Virus record (IMG/VR): IMGVR_UViG_3300035145_003920
Span: 13,468-77,467 of that record
Reading direction: 5' to 3' (one strand)
DNA length: 64,000 nt
Origin: a virus
Position 1 is the first letter of the stretch, and each line of letters begins with the position of its first letter. Under the pieces are notes generated by a model, which had not been told where the DNA came from, ran no database searches, and worked only from the letters and a program-made list of their open reading frames with translations. Positions 49,352-58,761 of this stretch are shown here, piece after piece. The position numbers and the translations under genes were made by a program.

Positions 49352-49987
49352 TTAGTTCCTTCTGTTAATGTTACCTCTTCCTGAACTAGATGTGGAATTA
49401 TTACTAGTAGGAGGTGGGGTAAAATTACTACCTTTTGAGATATTAGGTCTACTAATTGAAGGACGTGTATTTATATTATTATTATTTGGTTGTCTTAAGT
49501 AAATTCTATTATTATTATTACCTCTAGGAGGGTTTATGTTTATATTGTTATTTACATTATTATTAGAATTATTATTATTTCTTACTCCATTAGGGGTTAC
49601 AATAATATTATTACTTCCTCTTCTACCATTAACATAAACTCTAGGTTTTTGAGGTTTAATAGGTAATTCTAAACTGTAATTATATACTGGTGGTTTATAG
49701 TAAAAATCTCTATAATACCATGAATTTGGTCTATATAAACTATTCCATCCATACCCATAATAAGGATAATTCCAATATCCCCAATTTAAATTAGAATTAA
49801 ATCTATAATTATCAAATACAGTATTATAATTATATTTTTGGAATTGTTTAATAGGAACAGCTAAAGTATCACCTGTTGCAGTAATAGTTAATACTTTAGT
49901 AATTTTAACTTTAGGAGTAGTGCTAACCTGGTAAACACCACAACTTGTTAGACTTAATGCTAACAGTAATGTTATTATATATCTCAT
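49352..49987 (-). CDS. Lipoprotein with Y/W-rich middle and N/R/P/S-rich disordered tail
   Basis: Signal and lipobox MRYIITLLLALSLTS-C. Confidence 0.75.
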   Translation of the reverse strand: MRYIITLLLALSLTSCGVYQVSTTPKVKITKVLTITATGDTLAVPIKQFQKYNYNTVFDNYRFNSNLNWGYWNYPYYGYGWNSLYRPNSWYYRDFYYKPPVYNYSLELPIKPQKPRVYVNGRRGSNNIIVTPNGVRNNNNSNNNVNNNININPPRGNNNNRIYLRQPNNNNINTRPSISRPNISKGSNFTPPPTSNNSTSSSGRGNINRRN

Positions 49988-49991
49988 ATTT

Positions 49992-50393
49992 TTAGTCTCC
50001 TGGAAAGTAACCTGGAGATTTTCTCCAACTATCTAGAGCAGCTCCTTTGGCTTTAATATAAGAATCTTTATCATCTCTAAATTTATCATCTAGAATTTGA
50101 ATTCTTTCCCAGGGTGATGCTGCTTCAACATCAATTTTAATAGTTACATTTCCATATTTATCTTTAATACCTTCTTTCCAATTTTCAAGGTCATTTCCAC
50201 TTTGAACACTTCTATAGGAATCATCTGGGTTAGGAAAATTTAAGCCAAACATAGGAATTTTACCAAACATAGACTTTACTACATTAAAAGTTAATTGGTC
50301 TAGTTTCATAGTTGCTTGTTTTGGACCCATTCTTCCGTCTACTTCATCTAAGTAACGTTTTTTGTTCCAATTGTGTACATCAAAATTGCTCAT
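49992..50393 (-). CDS. Putative internal protein
   Basis: MSNFDVHNWNKKRYLDE leader; late motif upstream. Confidence 0.65.
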   Translation of the reverse strand: MSNFDVHNWNKKRYLDEVDGRMGPKQATMKLDQLTFNVVKSMFGKIPMFGLNFPNPDDSYRSVQSGNDLENWKEGIKDKYGNVTIKIDVEAASPWERIQILDDKFRDDKDSYIKAKGAALDSWRKSPGYFPGD

Positions 50394-50423
50394 AATAATA
50401 TGTTTATTATAAATATATAATTT

Positions 50424-50996
50424 TTACTGTTTAAGTGATTCTAAATATTCTACAACTTCTTTAGTAGATTTTTTAATTTCTTCTTTATTATGTTTTCCTC
50501 TCCACTTTTCAACATCTCCGTCTTCTGAAATAAAGGATTGAGTAGATTCATTTGATTTTTCTTTTGCCCAAGCTTTAAAATCTTTTATTTTATTATCAAT
50601 TTCATTATTTTTAATGCTACGCTCATACTCTTCCCATTTTCCAGTTTTTCTAAGCTCATGTTCAAAATCAATAACACAATTAAAACACATTTTATGTATA
50701 GTGTAAAATGGCTTATCATTACGATTTTTCATTACTTTTTTACATTTAGGACAAAGTAAAGGCATTACATGGGCCTTTTTAGCTTTGTCTAACTTAGTAA
50801 TGTTTTGTTTTATGCCATCTTTAATAGTCCAAGTACGACCATCAGCTTCCCAAATATCTCCTTCTTTATGGAATTCTTCTGCTTTAGTAAATCCAACACT
50901 AGAACGTGTTTTTTCACCATATTTACCTTTTACAAGATTTCTAATTCGTTCTACATCACGTTGTTGGAAATCTTTTTTTAAAATGTTGTCTTTCAT
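50424..50996 (-). CDS. Zn-ribbon protein
   Basis: CPKC...CFNC. Confidence 0.75.
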   Translation of the reverse strand: MKDNILKKDFQQRDVERIRNLVKGKYGEKTRSSVGFTKAEEFHKEGDIWEADGRTWTIKDGIKQNITKLDKAKKAHVMPLLCPKCKKVMKNRNDKPFYTIHKMCFNCVIDFEHELRKTGKWEEYERSIKNNEIDNKIKDFKAWAKEKSNESTQSFISEDGDVEKWRGKHNKEEIKKSTKEVVEYLESLKQ

Positions 50997-53584
50997 AAAC
51001 CTAATTTAGCCAAATCATTTAATACCTGACTTATATTTTTATACACTATACCTGTACCTCCAGCTGCATTCCATCTTCCAATAGTATCTTCTCTATCATC
51101 AATTAAAATATCAGTTTTAGATAATTGAGATTTAATTTCATGTTTTTCCTTTGCCTTTTTAAAATTAATACGGGGTTTTGATGGGAATATATCTCCTGTA
51201 TGATTCCTTACCCAAAGTATTTTACCTAAATAAGATTGTTTTTTAACTGAAGGTGAGGTTAGTAATTCATAATTATAATCTTTAACAGCATTTACTAAAT
51301 CAGCTGCCCCTGGCATGGGTTCAATTCCAACCCAAAAACTAACTTTATGTTCTTCATCTATAAAATCCCAGAATTTATTTTTACCATATTTAGATTCAAA
51401 TTCACTAGGGCCTATACCTGATAGATCTTTAAATCGTTTATCAAAATCAGCTAATACTCCATCCATATCAAGATAAACTTTATATTCACTTTCTTCTTCT
51501 CTTAAACGACCTAATTCATGAGCATAAGCCATAAGTCCAAATGGATCCTTATTTTTCTTTTTCCCTTCAGTTAAAATAGTACTAAAAAAGTTATGTTTAA
51601 TTTTTTCTAAATCTTTATATAACCTATTTATAGGGGGAAGACTTTCATCTATTTTTATTTCTTCATTTAATTTATTCCCAGTAATAGAATCAGTCCAACT
51701 TCTAAACATTATATTACCTGTTTCATATGCCTCTCTTTCTAACTGTTCTAAATGGTCGTCTTGATTAACATCTGTAGTATTAATAGTTTCTAATCTATCT
51801 TCCATATTTTGATGAACATGAACTAATTCATGGGCATAAGATCGTAAAATATCTTTAGGATGCCTACCATAAGTGAAAAGAACTATTATATTAGTTTGAG
51901 GAGCATAATAAGCTGTTTTACCAAAAATATCTTCTCCATTTTCAATATCATCATGTACCATTTGAATTTGAGGAAGAGGTTCTAATTTCATTCCTTTATC
52001 TATCATATGTTGAGTAAGAGAAGCTATATAAGGGCTGTAATTAAATTTTCTAAAATCTGGATATTTACTAAATATTTTTTCATATATTAAATCCAATTCT
52101 TCAGATGAAGATATTTCAATTACTTGGTTTTGGGTAAGTACAACAGCATCAATATATTTTTTATCTAATTCTTTATAACTTACGTATCTATGATGACCAT
52201 CTAATATTTGATATTGATTATTATGTTCCCTAACTATAATTGGGGGAATAGATTCTTTATTAGATATAGAAGATTTTAGTGATTTAATTTTATCATCATC
52301 AAATTTTGTTGTTTTATGTAAATTGATATTATTTACTAAAATAGGAGTTGGAGAAGTTGATTCAATTAAATCCTGATTAAATTTAAATGTTGTATCTATC
52401 TTATCTCCATGTAAAACTATTAATGGGAAATCTTCATTTATATTAGTTGGTACTTTTAATGGTTGAGTAGCAAAATATTTTTTAAGATTAACTTTACCTT
52501 TTGAATCTTTTAAAGGTATAGTTTTAGGAAGGGTATTTTCATCCCATTTTGTTCCTGGGACTGCTAAAAGTATTTGATCTTCAGATAATATTTTTGTATT
52601 TATTTTTGGAAGATTTCCAATAACAAATGCTCCTAATCTATGGTTACCATCTATAACTGAGTATTTACCATTTAAAATAGGATGAGGAACTACTACTATA
52701 GGATCAAAACTTTTCCAGCCATCTCCAGAAGCATTTTTTATCATTTTTTCTACATATTCCTTTTTAGTAGTTGTAAAATATTTATAATCTTTATAAGGTT
52801 CATTTCCTATACAGTCAGTTACATTTAAAATTTTTTCTGTACCTATAATATCTTCGTCTACATCCACACCTTGAAAATCAGGGTAAACTACTACTTTATC
52901 TTTAAATGGGTCTTTAGTACTAAAATCTAAAACTAAATTAGTTTCAGTAAAATATTTAAGTTCGGATTTTATTTGGTCTATTTTATTCATTTGTGAAAAA
53001 CTTTTATTTTCAGCTACTTTACCAGATACTAATTCATATACTTCATATTTTTCATCATTAGATAAAACATCAGGAGCAAATTTTTTAAATTTTTCAAATG
53101 ATACTTGAGCCGCGTTTCTAGCAGCAGTACCCGATACTCCTCCTGCTGTAATAATAGTACGTAATTCTAAATTTGGGTAATTTGAAATTGACTTGGTTCT
53201 TGAAGTAATATCTTTAAAATCTTCTTCATTACCTTCTCTAGCACCTATAACCCATAATACTTCTCTTGTGGGGTGATCCTTAGAGAAATTATAAACAGCT
53301 TGAATTGGGGGTTTAGAAGTAGGTACTATTTTAACTTTAAGTGGAAGATAATCATTATAAATTTCCCAAATTAAAACTGATTCTGCTTGGGTAATACCAT
53401 TTCTTTCTTTGTTACCTACAAAAATAATAAATTCATCTATTTCCGGGTTTTCCTTAAGGGCTTCTTTAACTACTTCAAAGTGACCAGAAGTAGGAGGTTT
53501 AAACCCTCCAGCATACACTGCTGTGGTTTGTTTGTTTTCTTCTTCAGGTAATAACCCTTTTATTAATTCATTTACTAAACTCAT
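50993..53584 (-). CDS. Multi-enzyme protein: nucleotidyltransferase-like + 2x ParB/Srx-like + HExxH metallopeptidase + HAD 5'(3')-nucleotidase
   Basis: AGGFKPPTSGH; VIDGNHR and ILDGHHR; AHELVH..EREAY; YLDMDGVLADF..ILIDD..W..AGG. Confidence 0.8.
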   Translation of the reverse strand: MSLVNELIKGLLPEEENKQTTAVYAGGFKPPTSGHFEVVKEALKENPEIDEFIIFVGNKERNGITQAESVLIWEIYNDYLPLKVKIVPTSKPPIQAVYNFSKDHPTREVLWVIGAREGNEEDFKDITSRTKSISNYPNLELRTIITAGGVSGTAARNAAQVSFEKFKKFAPDVLSNDEKYEVYELVSGKVAENKSFSQMNKIDQIKSELKYFTETNLVLDFSTKDPFKDKVVVYPDFQGVDVDEDIIGTEKILNVTDCIGNEPYKDYKYFTTTKKEYVEKMIKNASGDGWKSFDPIVVVPHPILNGKYSVIDGNHRLGAFVIGNLPKINTKILSEDQILLAVPGTKWDENTLPKTIPLKDSKGKVNLKKYFATQPLKVPTNINEDFPLIVLHGDKIDTTFKFNQDLIESTSPTPILVNNINLHKTTKFDDDKIKSLKSSISNKESIPPIIVREHNNQYQILDGHHRYVSYKELDKKYIDAVVLTQNQVIEISSSEELDLIYEKIFSKYPDFRKFNYSPYIASLTQHMIDKGMKLEPLPQIQMVHDDIENGEDIFGKTAYYAPQTNIIVLFTYGRHPKDILRSYAHELVHVHQNMEDRLETINTTDVNQDDHLEQLEREAYETGNIMFRSWTDSITGNKLNEEIKIDESLPPINRLYKDLEKIKHNFFSTILTEGKKKNKDPFGLMAYAHELGRLREEESEYKVYLDMDGVLADFDKRFKDLSGIGPSEFESKYGKNKFWDFIDEEHKVSFWVGIEPMPGAADLVNAVKDYNYELLTSPSVKKQSYLGKILWVRNHTGDIFPSKPRINFKKAKEKHEIKSQLSKTDILIDDREDTIGRWNAAGGTGIVYKNISQVLNDLAKLGL

Positions 53585-54381
53585 TAAGATAAAAATTGTT
53601 TAATTTTAGATTGTGCTTCTTCTTTAGATACAGAACCATCTATAATTTCTTTAGCTCCATCATCACTTAATAAAGCTTGTATTTGGGTATTTGTTTCAGC
53701 TTTTTGTTTATCACTTCTAGCTTGTTGAGATGCCGATTTAGGTTTAGTTCCTGTGGGTTTGAATGGGTCTAAATATTTTTTAATTACATCCTCCACATCT
53801 TTTAACTTTTCATCTTCTAATGTATTAGCTACAGAAATAAAATTATTACCAAACATTTCTTTATATGGTGCCCAATTTTTAGTTACTGATAACCAAGTAC
53901 GCATTACAATAGCAGGTGCTAAACTTCTATCTTCACCATTTGATTTTTCAAATCTATCTTGGTTTTGTTTAAGTGATCTTTCTAAATCAGTATAAACATA
54001 AAGCATTAATATTTCATATCCTGCTTCTTCTAATTGATCTTTTAAAGTTACTGTTTGTTTAACTGAAGCAGCGGTACCATCTAAAACAAATGATTCTTTA
54101 CCAGTAATTATATTTTGCAATTCACCTTTAAATTCTTTATTAGCTGCAGCCATTGCCTTAGCTTGTTCACTTCTTTCTTCAGGTGTGGCATTTTTTAAAT
54201 CTAAACTAACATTAGCTTGTTTAAGTTTATCAATAAAAATATTATCAATATTCATTATTTTTAAATTACCTAAGTCTAAACCACTTAAAACATACCCTTT
54301 GCCAGCCCCAGGTGCCCCTGCTAATATAATAGCTTTAGGGTTTTGAACATTTTCCTTAAGTAAGTCGTAAAGTTTAATCAT
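53584..54381 (-). CDS. P-loop kinase (zeta-toxin/AAA_33-like)
   Basis: LAGAPGAGK, FVLDGT, N..R..R; leader MIKLYDLLKE. Confidence 0.75.
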   Translation of the reverse strand: MIKLYDLLKENVQNPKAIILAGAPGAGKGYVLSGLDLGNLKIMNIDNIFIDKLKQANVSLDLKNATPEERSEQAKAMAAANKEFKGELQNIITGKESFVLDGTAASVKQTVTLKDQLEEAGYEILMLYVYTDLERSLKQNQDRFEKSNGEDRSLAPAIVMRTWLSVTKNWAPYKEMFGNNFISVANTLEDEKLKDVEDVIKKYLDPFKPTGTKPKSASQQARSDKQKAETNTQIQALLSDDGAKEIIDGSVSKEEAQSKIKQFLS

Positions 54382-54403
54382 AAAAATAAGTTTATTATAA
54401 ATA

Positions 54404-54670
54404 TTAACACATTTCTATCTTATTAATTGGGATTTTATATGTTGATCTAATTGAAAATAAATTATAATCATATAATGTAATATATTGTTTAGTAACTTTA
54501 TCAACATTCATTGATCTACCCATAAAACTATTAGCTTCATGAATTGAAAAACTGGGCCCATAATTTTCTGAAACTGAGTGTAAATAGAATTCATAATCTT
54601 TACCATTATAGGTAAAAATAAATTTATCTCCTTCTTTTTTTAATTCTTTGATTTTTTTACTTATTGACAT
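54404..54670 (-). CDS. Small hypothetical early protein
   Basis: Directly below host-type promoter 54697-54728. Confidence 0.7.
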   Translation of the reverse strand: MSISKKIKELKKEGDKFIFTYNGKDYEFYLHSVSENYGPSFSIHEANSFMGRSMNVDKVTKQYITLYDYNLFSIRSTYKIPINKIEMC

Positions 54671-54696
54671 AACCTTTATTATTATTATTTACTTTG

Positions 54697-54728
54697 TAAA
54701 TATACGAAGATTATTTCAGGTAACCAAA
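54697..54728 (-). promoter_or_regulatory. Bacteroidota-type promoter
   Basis: TTTG-N20-TATATTTA. Confidence 0.8.
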
Positions 54729-54731
54729 TTT

Positions 54732-55499
54732 TTACACGGTTCTCTTAACAGTAGTTTGAAAAGAAGTAGTAGCTGGTTTATGTTTTGGGTTTTCTAAATC
54801 AAATAATTTTTTAACTGATCCAAATATTTCTAAGTTTTCTTCTTGGGTTCTAGGTGATTCATATATTTCCCAATTTTTACCTTTTAATCTAGCACCAGAT
54901 TTATCAACTCCTCTAGATTTAGATTTTAACCATAATACACCTATTCTATCTACTTTTTTACCAAAACATTCTTCATAACACTTAGCATAAACAGCACCTT
55001 GTAAATCATATGTAGTTTGTAAGTGATTTGATGTTTTAAAATCAATAACCCATAATTCACCATCAATTTCACAAATACAATCTACGGTACCTGCTACTTT
55101 TAATCCATCTGAGAATAGGTGAGTTTCTGTTTCAACTAATGTTGGTTTATATGTTTCCCAAAAATCAACAAATCTTAAAAACATTTTCCATATTTCAGGA
55201 TTCATTTTAGGATTACCATACTCATTTAAGAAGTTCATTTCTTTACCTTCAAAGTATTCCTCTATTAATTCATGTACTGCTGTACCTTCTTCAGATGCTT
55301 TTTTAACAATCCAATCTGCACTATATCCTACTTTTTTAAGCCAATCTTGAAAATGTTTACCCTTAGGATAAGAATTTAAAACATAAGTTACAGAGGGATA
55401 ATATTCTCCATTACGTCTATAATAACGTGAATCAGGTAGTGTAATTTGTTTGTGATCATCTGAGATCTCTAATATTCTATCATATGATTTTTTGATCAT
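54732..55499 (-). CDS. PD-(D/E)xK (Cas4/RecB-like) exonuclease
   Basis: YPSVT, GTAVH, AGTVDC, IDFKTS, Q..Y. Confidence 0.88.
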   Translation of the reverse strand: MIKKSYDRILEISDDHKQITLPDSRYYRRNGEYYPSVTYVLNSYPKGKHFQDWLKKVGYSADWIVKKASEEGTAVHELIEEYFEGKEMNFLNEYGNPKMNPEIWKMFLRFVDFWETYKPTLVETETHLFSDGLKVAGTVDCICEIDGELWVIDFKTSNHLQTTYDLQGAVYAKCYEECFGKKVDRIGVLWLKSKSRGVDKSGARLKGKNWEIYESPRTQEENLEIFGSVKKLFDLENPKHKPATTSFQTTVKRTV

Positions 55500-56425
55500 A
55501 AAGCTAGTTTTCTTTCCATTAAATTATAGTAGGTTAATGGAACTGTGTTTTGAATTAATTTAGTGAAATTCTTGAAACCCATTTCACTTGGATCCTTATC
55601 TTGTAAATCAACAAGATAGACTTCTTTACCTTCTGCCATTAAATTTTCACAGAAACGTAAAGCTTGTTTCATAGCATCCCTATCTAATGCTATATAAATT
55701 TTATCTACTACAGAAGTAACTATTTTTTTCATTAAGCTACTTTGAATATTTTTTCCTAATAATGGTATTGCATTTCGTTTAATAGCAATAGCATCAAATA
55801 ATCCTTCACATATTACAATTGGTATATTCCAATTAATTAAATGTTCATTTGGAATTATATCTCTACTTGCTGAAGGATTTCTATATTTGATATAAGGTTC
55901 TTTTTCAAATGAACGAGCTGTAAAATAATTTAATCTACCATCTTTATCATAAGTTGGAATAATAATCATATTAGCATATAAACCATTTTTACAATAACCT
56001 ATATTATATTTAATTACATCGTATTTACTTATATTTCTCCTTTTTAAGTAGGCGAGTGCGTGTTTAGCAGAAATATCGCTTAAATTACCAGTAGATAGGC
56101 TTATATATTCATTAGGTAATACTACACTGTTAACAACTTGTGTTTCTTTTATTGATTTAGAAGTTTTAACTAATGATTTTAATTCAGTATACTTCCCTGC
56201 TTCTACTTTAAGTTGTTTAAATAAGTTATATATAGTAGTTCCTCTAACATCACAAGCCCAACAATGCCAAGGATTTTTTCCTTCTCTATTTTCTGTTAAA
56301 TTAACCTCTAATTTAGGTTTATGGTGGTTACAAAAAGGACAATGGTATGCATAATTATTTCTAGCAGTGGGTTTGCCAGAACCTAATACAGAATTAACTA
56401 ATGTAACTAATAATTGATTTACCAT
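55496..56425 (-). CDS. DNA primase (Zn-finger + TOPRIM)
   Basis: CPFC..H..CWAC; CEGLFDA; ALDRDA; KDPSE. Confidence 0.9.
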   Translation of the reverse strand: MVNQLLVTLVNSVLGSGKPTARNNYAYHCPFCNHHKPKLEVNLTENREGKNPWHCWACDVRGTTIYNLFKQLKVEAGKYTELKSLVKTSKSIKETQVVNSVVLPNEYISLSTGNLSDISAKHALAYLKRRNISKYDVIKYNIGYCKNGLYANMIIIPTYDKDGRLNYFTARSFEKEPYIKYRNPSASRDIIPNEHLINWNIPIVICEGLFDAIAIKRNAIPLLGKNIQSSLMKKIVTSVVDKIYIALDRDAMKQALRFCENLMAEGKEVYLVDLQDKDPSEMGFKNFTKLIQNTVPLTYYNLMERKLAL

Positions 56426-56443
56426 AAATGGTAATATATAAAA

Positions 56444-56926
56444 CTATTTATGCTCCTCCACAAAATCTTCAAATTCAATATTCGATAAATCTCTTGTATA
56501 AAATTTACCTAAAATATTATCATTGAAAAATTCATCTGGTTTTTCTAATACCTGATATATCATTTGGTATTTCACTTCAAAATAAGTTAATGATTTTTTA
56601 TCAGGACACATTTTTAAAATGGTACGTTGGAATTCATCTTTTTTACCTTCAAGTAATAATTGTTTAATCTCTTTTTGAGACCCATAATAATTAAGCCAAT
56701 CAGATTCTTTAACTACTAATTTATAAGCAGGACGACGTCCTACTACTCCTGATAGTTTTTCTAATTCTCGTTTTCCAATTTTTTGTTTTTTATTATGGAA
56801 CAATACTTTTTTTCCAATGTAGGCTTTACCTGAAGGGGCATGGGTAACTATGTAAACAAAACCAAATGTATTTTCTGGAAATTGAGTGATGTCTCCTATT
56901 TTATGTGTCTTATAGGTCCAACTCAT
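56444..56926 (-). CDS. GIY-YIG-like nuclease
   Basis: GFVY..YIGKK, YYGS, E..N. Confidence 0.7.
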   Translation of the reverse strand: MSWTYKTHKIGDITQFPENTFGFVYIVTHAPSGKAYIGKKVLFHNKKQKIGKRELEKLSGVVGRRPAYKLVVKESDWLNYYGSQKEIKQLLLEGKKDEFQRTILKMCPDKKSLTYFEVKYQMIYQVLEKPDEFFNDNILGKFYTRDLSNIEFEDFVEEHK

Positions 56927-56948
56927 ATATAAAATTTAATAATAAATA

Positions 56949-57821
56949 TTAATTTCCTAGCGCCTCAATAATTTTGCTAGAATCAAATATTTCATTTATA
57001 TTGTTATAAGGCAAAGTGTGTATGTCTTGATACAAATTAAAAGGTTGGTATACTGCTTGGTCTAATTTAGGTTCTTTGGTAAAAGAATTAGCTAAAATAT
57101 TAGTATGGGATTGATAACCAAATATTTTAGGATTAGTAGTTACCCAACACACTACAGAAGGTAATTTTAAAGATGCAGCTAAATGTTGAGCAAAAGAATC
57201 TATTAATAATCTTTTTTTAGATAACATTAACATTATAGCTATACTTCTATACCCATCTAAAGCTGATAAGGTATTTTCATATTGGGGTTGATCTTTTCTT
57301 CTTATTTGAATTATAGTATAATCATTTTTATAATGATTAATAATATCAACCATAGTTGAAGATGGAATATCTCTAGTCCAAGAATATTGATAGCCTTGAC
57401 CCTCAGGTCCTCCATGAGGATGAACTACAAATATTGGTTTTTCAGGTTGGTAATAAGGAGTAAAATAATCTATTTCCGCTTGTGTTAAATAAAATTCTGG
57501 AGATTCTCCTTTATATTGTACCCCACATAATCTACACCAAGTTTCTAATAACGATTCTTGTTCAGTTAAAAAATTATTATGACTATAGGGTTCGAAAGCA
57601 AATACCTTAGCATCTTGATTTTTAATATATCTTTCATAAAGACCATTTACTTGATTAGATAAATAAGTTTTATCTACTTTTGGATTATTTAAAAATACAT
57701 CGGGAAAAGCTGTTACTACTATAATTTTAGCAGTTTTATATCTTTTTTTTATTGCTGAGATTACAGCTGTGGAGGCAATGCTTTTTCCAAGCCCCCCATC
57801 TACTTGAAATATTATGTTCAT
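56949..57821 (-). CDS. GT9 / heptosyltransferase-like glycosyltransferase
   Basis: GGLGK, PDVFLNNP.V, IDSFAQHLAASL..PSVV.W..FGY. Confidence 0.75.
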   Translation of the reverse strand: MNIIFQVDGGLGKSIASTAVISAIKKRYKTAKIIVVTAFPDVFLNNPKVDKTYLSNQVNGLYERYIKNQDAKVFAFEPYSHNNFLTEQESLLETWCRLCGVQYKGESPEFYLTQAEIDYFTPYYQPEKPIFVVHPHGGPEGQGYQYSWTRDIPSSTMVDIINHYKNDYTIIQIRRKDQPQYENTLSALDGYRSIAIMLMLSKKRLLIDSFAQHLAASLKLPSVVCWVTTNPKIFGYQSHTNILANSFTKEPKLDQAVYQPFNLYQDIHTLPYNNINEIFDSSKIIEALGN

Positions 57822-57839
57822 AACTATTTTTTAATTAAA

Positions 57840-58157
57840 TTACCAAGGTAATCCCGCTTCGTGAGTAGGAGCTGAGTAATTTGATTCCATTTCGGCTAAT
57901 GATGATGATGTTTCAACTTCCCAAGCAGTTTCATCAATATTATCATTAACCCAACCTAAAACGATTTCTTCAGTAAGATCAGCAAAAGCTACAAATCCCG
58001 GATCACTAACTGAACCTGTAATTTCAATTTCTCCTAATTTTCTAGTTTCAAATTTAGGATCAGTACCAACTGATGAGTATAGTCCAAATTCTACTTTGTT
58101 AACTACTCCGTTACTAATAGTTCTACCTAGGTTTGAAATTTTCCAAATATGTTCCAT
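57840..58157 (-). CDS. Small late protein (possible tail-fibre assembly type)
   Basis: FVAFADLTEEIVLGWV..GLPW; late motif upstream. Confidence 0.6.
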   Translation of the reverse strand: MEHIWKISNLGRTISNGVVNKVEFGLYSSVGTDPKFETRKLGEIEITGSVSDPGFVAFADLTEEIVLGWVNDNIDETAWEVETSSSLAEMESNYSAPTHEAGLPW

Positions 58158-58188
58158 TATTTAATTTTATTATAAATATATAATTTTT

Positions 58189-58761
58189 TTATTTAATTAA
58201 CACTAACCAACTTTCATCTTCATATTCTTTATGGACACTTCCAAATTTTTCATTTACTGCCTTCATAACCCCGGGCCATTCTTTTTGATAATCATGTCCT
58301 CCTATAAGGTATTTAGTTTTTGGAAAATATAATTCTAAATCTTTTTTTACATCTTCATAGTCATGAGAAGCATCTATATAAATAAAATCAAAGTACCCAT
58401 CTTTAAATTTATCAACAATATTATAACTATAATCTTTATGCAAAGTTATATTATCAAATTGTCTTGTATTTAATATAAATTCTTTTTTTACTTCATCCCA
58501 ATCTTCTTTAAAAATTCCTTTTGCTTCCTCTTTTCCTTTATAAGGATCTATACAATGTATTTCCTTAAAAATCCCAGAAGCTGCAAACATAAATGTAGAT
58601 TCTCCTTTATAAGATCCTATTTCTAACATTTTAGGGTTTTTTATATCTTTTAAAAGTAAAAATAAATCAAATAACATTTTTAATAAACCAAAAAAATATC
58701 GGTTTAAGTTAGGATTGGCATTCCATTCAGGTTTTGGATTAAATCGATGGGAATATTTCAT
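58189..58761 (-). CDS. Class I SAM methyltransferase (Methyltransf_24-like)
   Basis: LEIGSYKGES, CIDPY, FIYIDASHDY, GGHDY. Confidence 0.9.
   Translation of the reverse strand: MKYSHRFNPKPEWNANPNLNRYFFGLLKMLFDLFLLLKDIKNPKMLEIGSYKGESTFMFAASGIFKEIHCIDPYKGKEEAKGIFKEDWDEVKKEFILNTRQFDNITLHKDYSYNIVDKFKDGYFDFIYIDASHDYEDVKKDLELYFPKTKYLIGGHDYQKEWPGVMKAVNEKFGSVHKEYEDESWLVLIK

Noticed and set aside
176-53995. Other short plus-strand or nested ORFs in the track
   Set aside because: They overlap well-supported minus-strand genes and show no motifs or expression signals
53584-54670. Zeta/epsilon toxin-antitoxin pair
   Set aside because: The upstream 88-aa gene has its own promoter class and no antitoxin features; the kinase has a late motif and a cargo-type leader
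15742-58179. T4 late promoters (TATAAATA) driving plus-strand transcription
   Set aside because: There are no credible plus-strand genes, and spacing is fixed relative to minus-strand start codons
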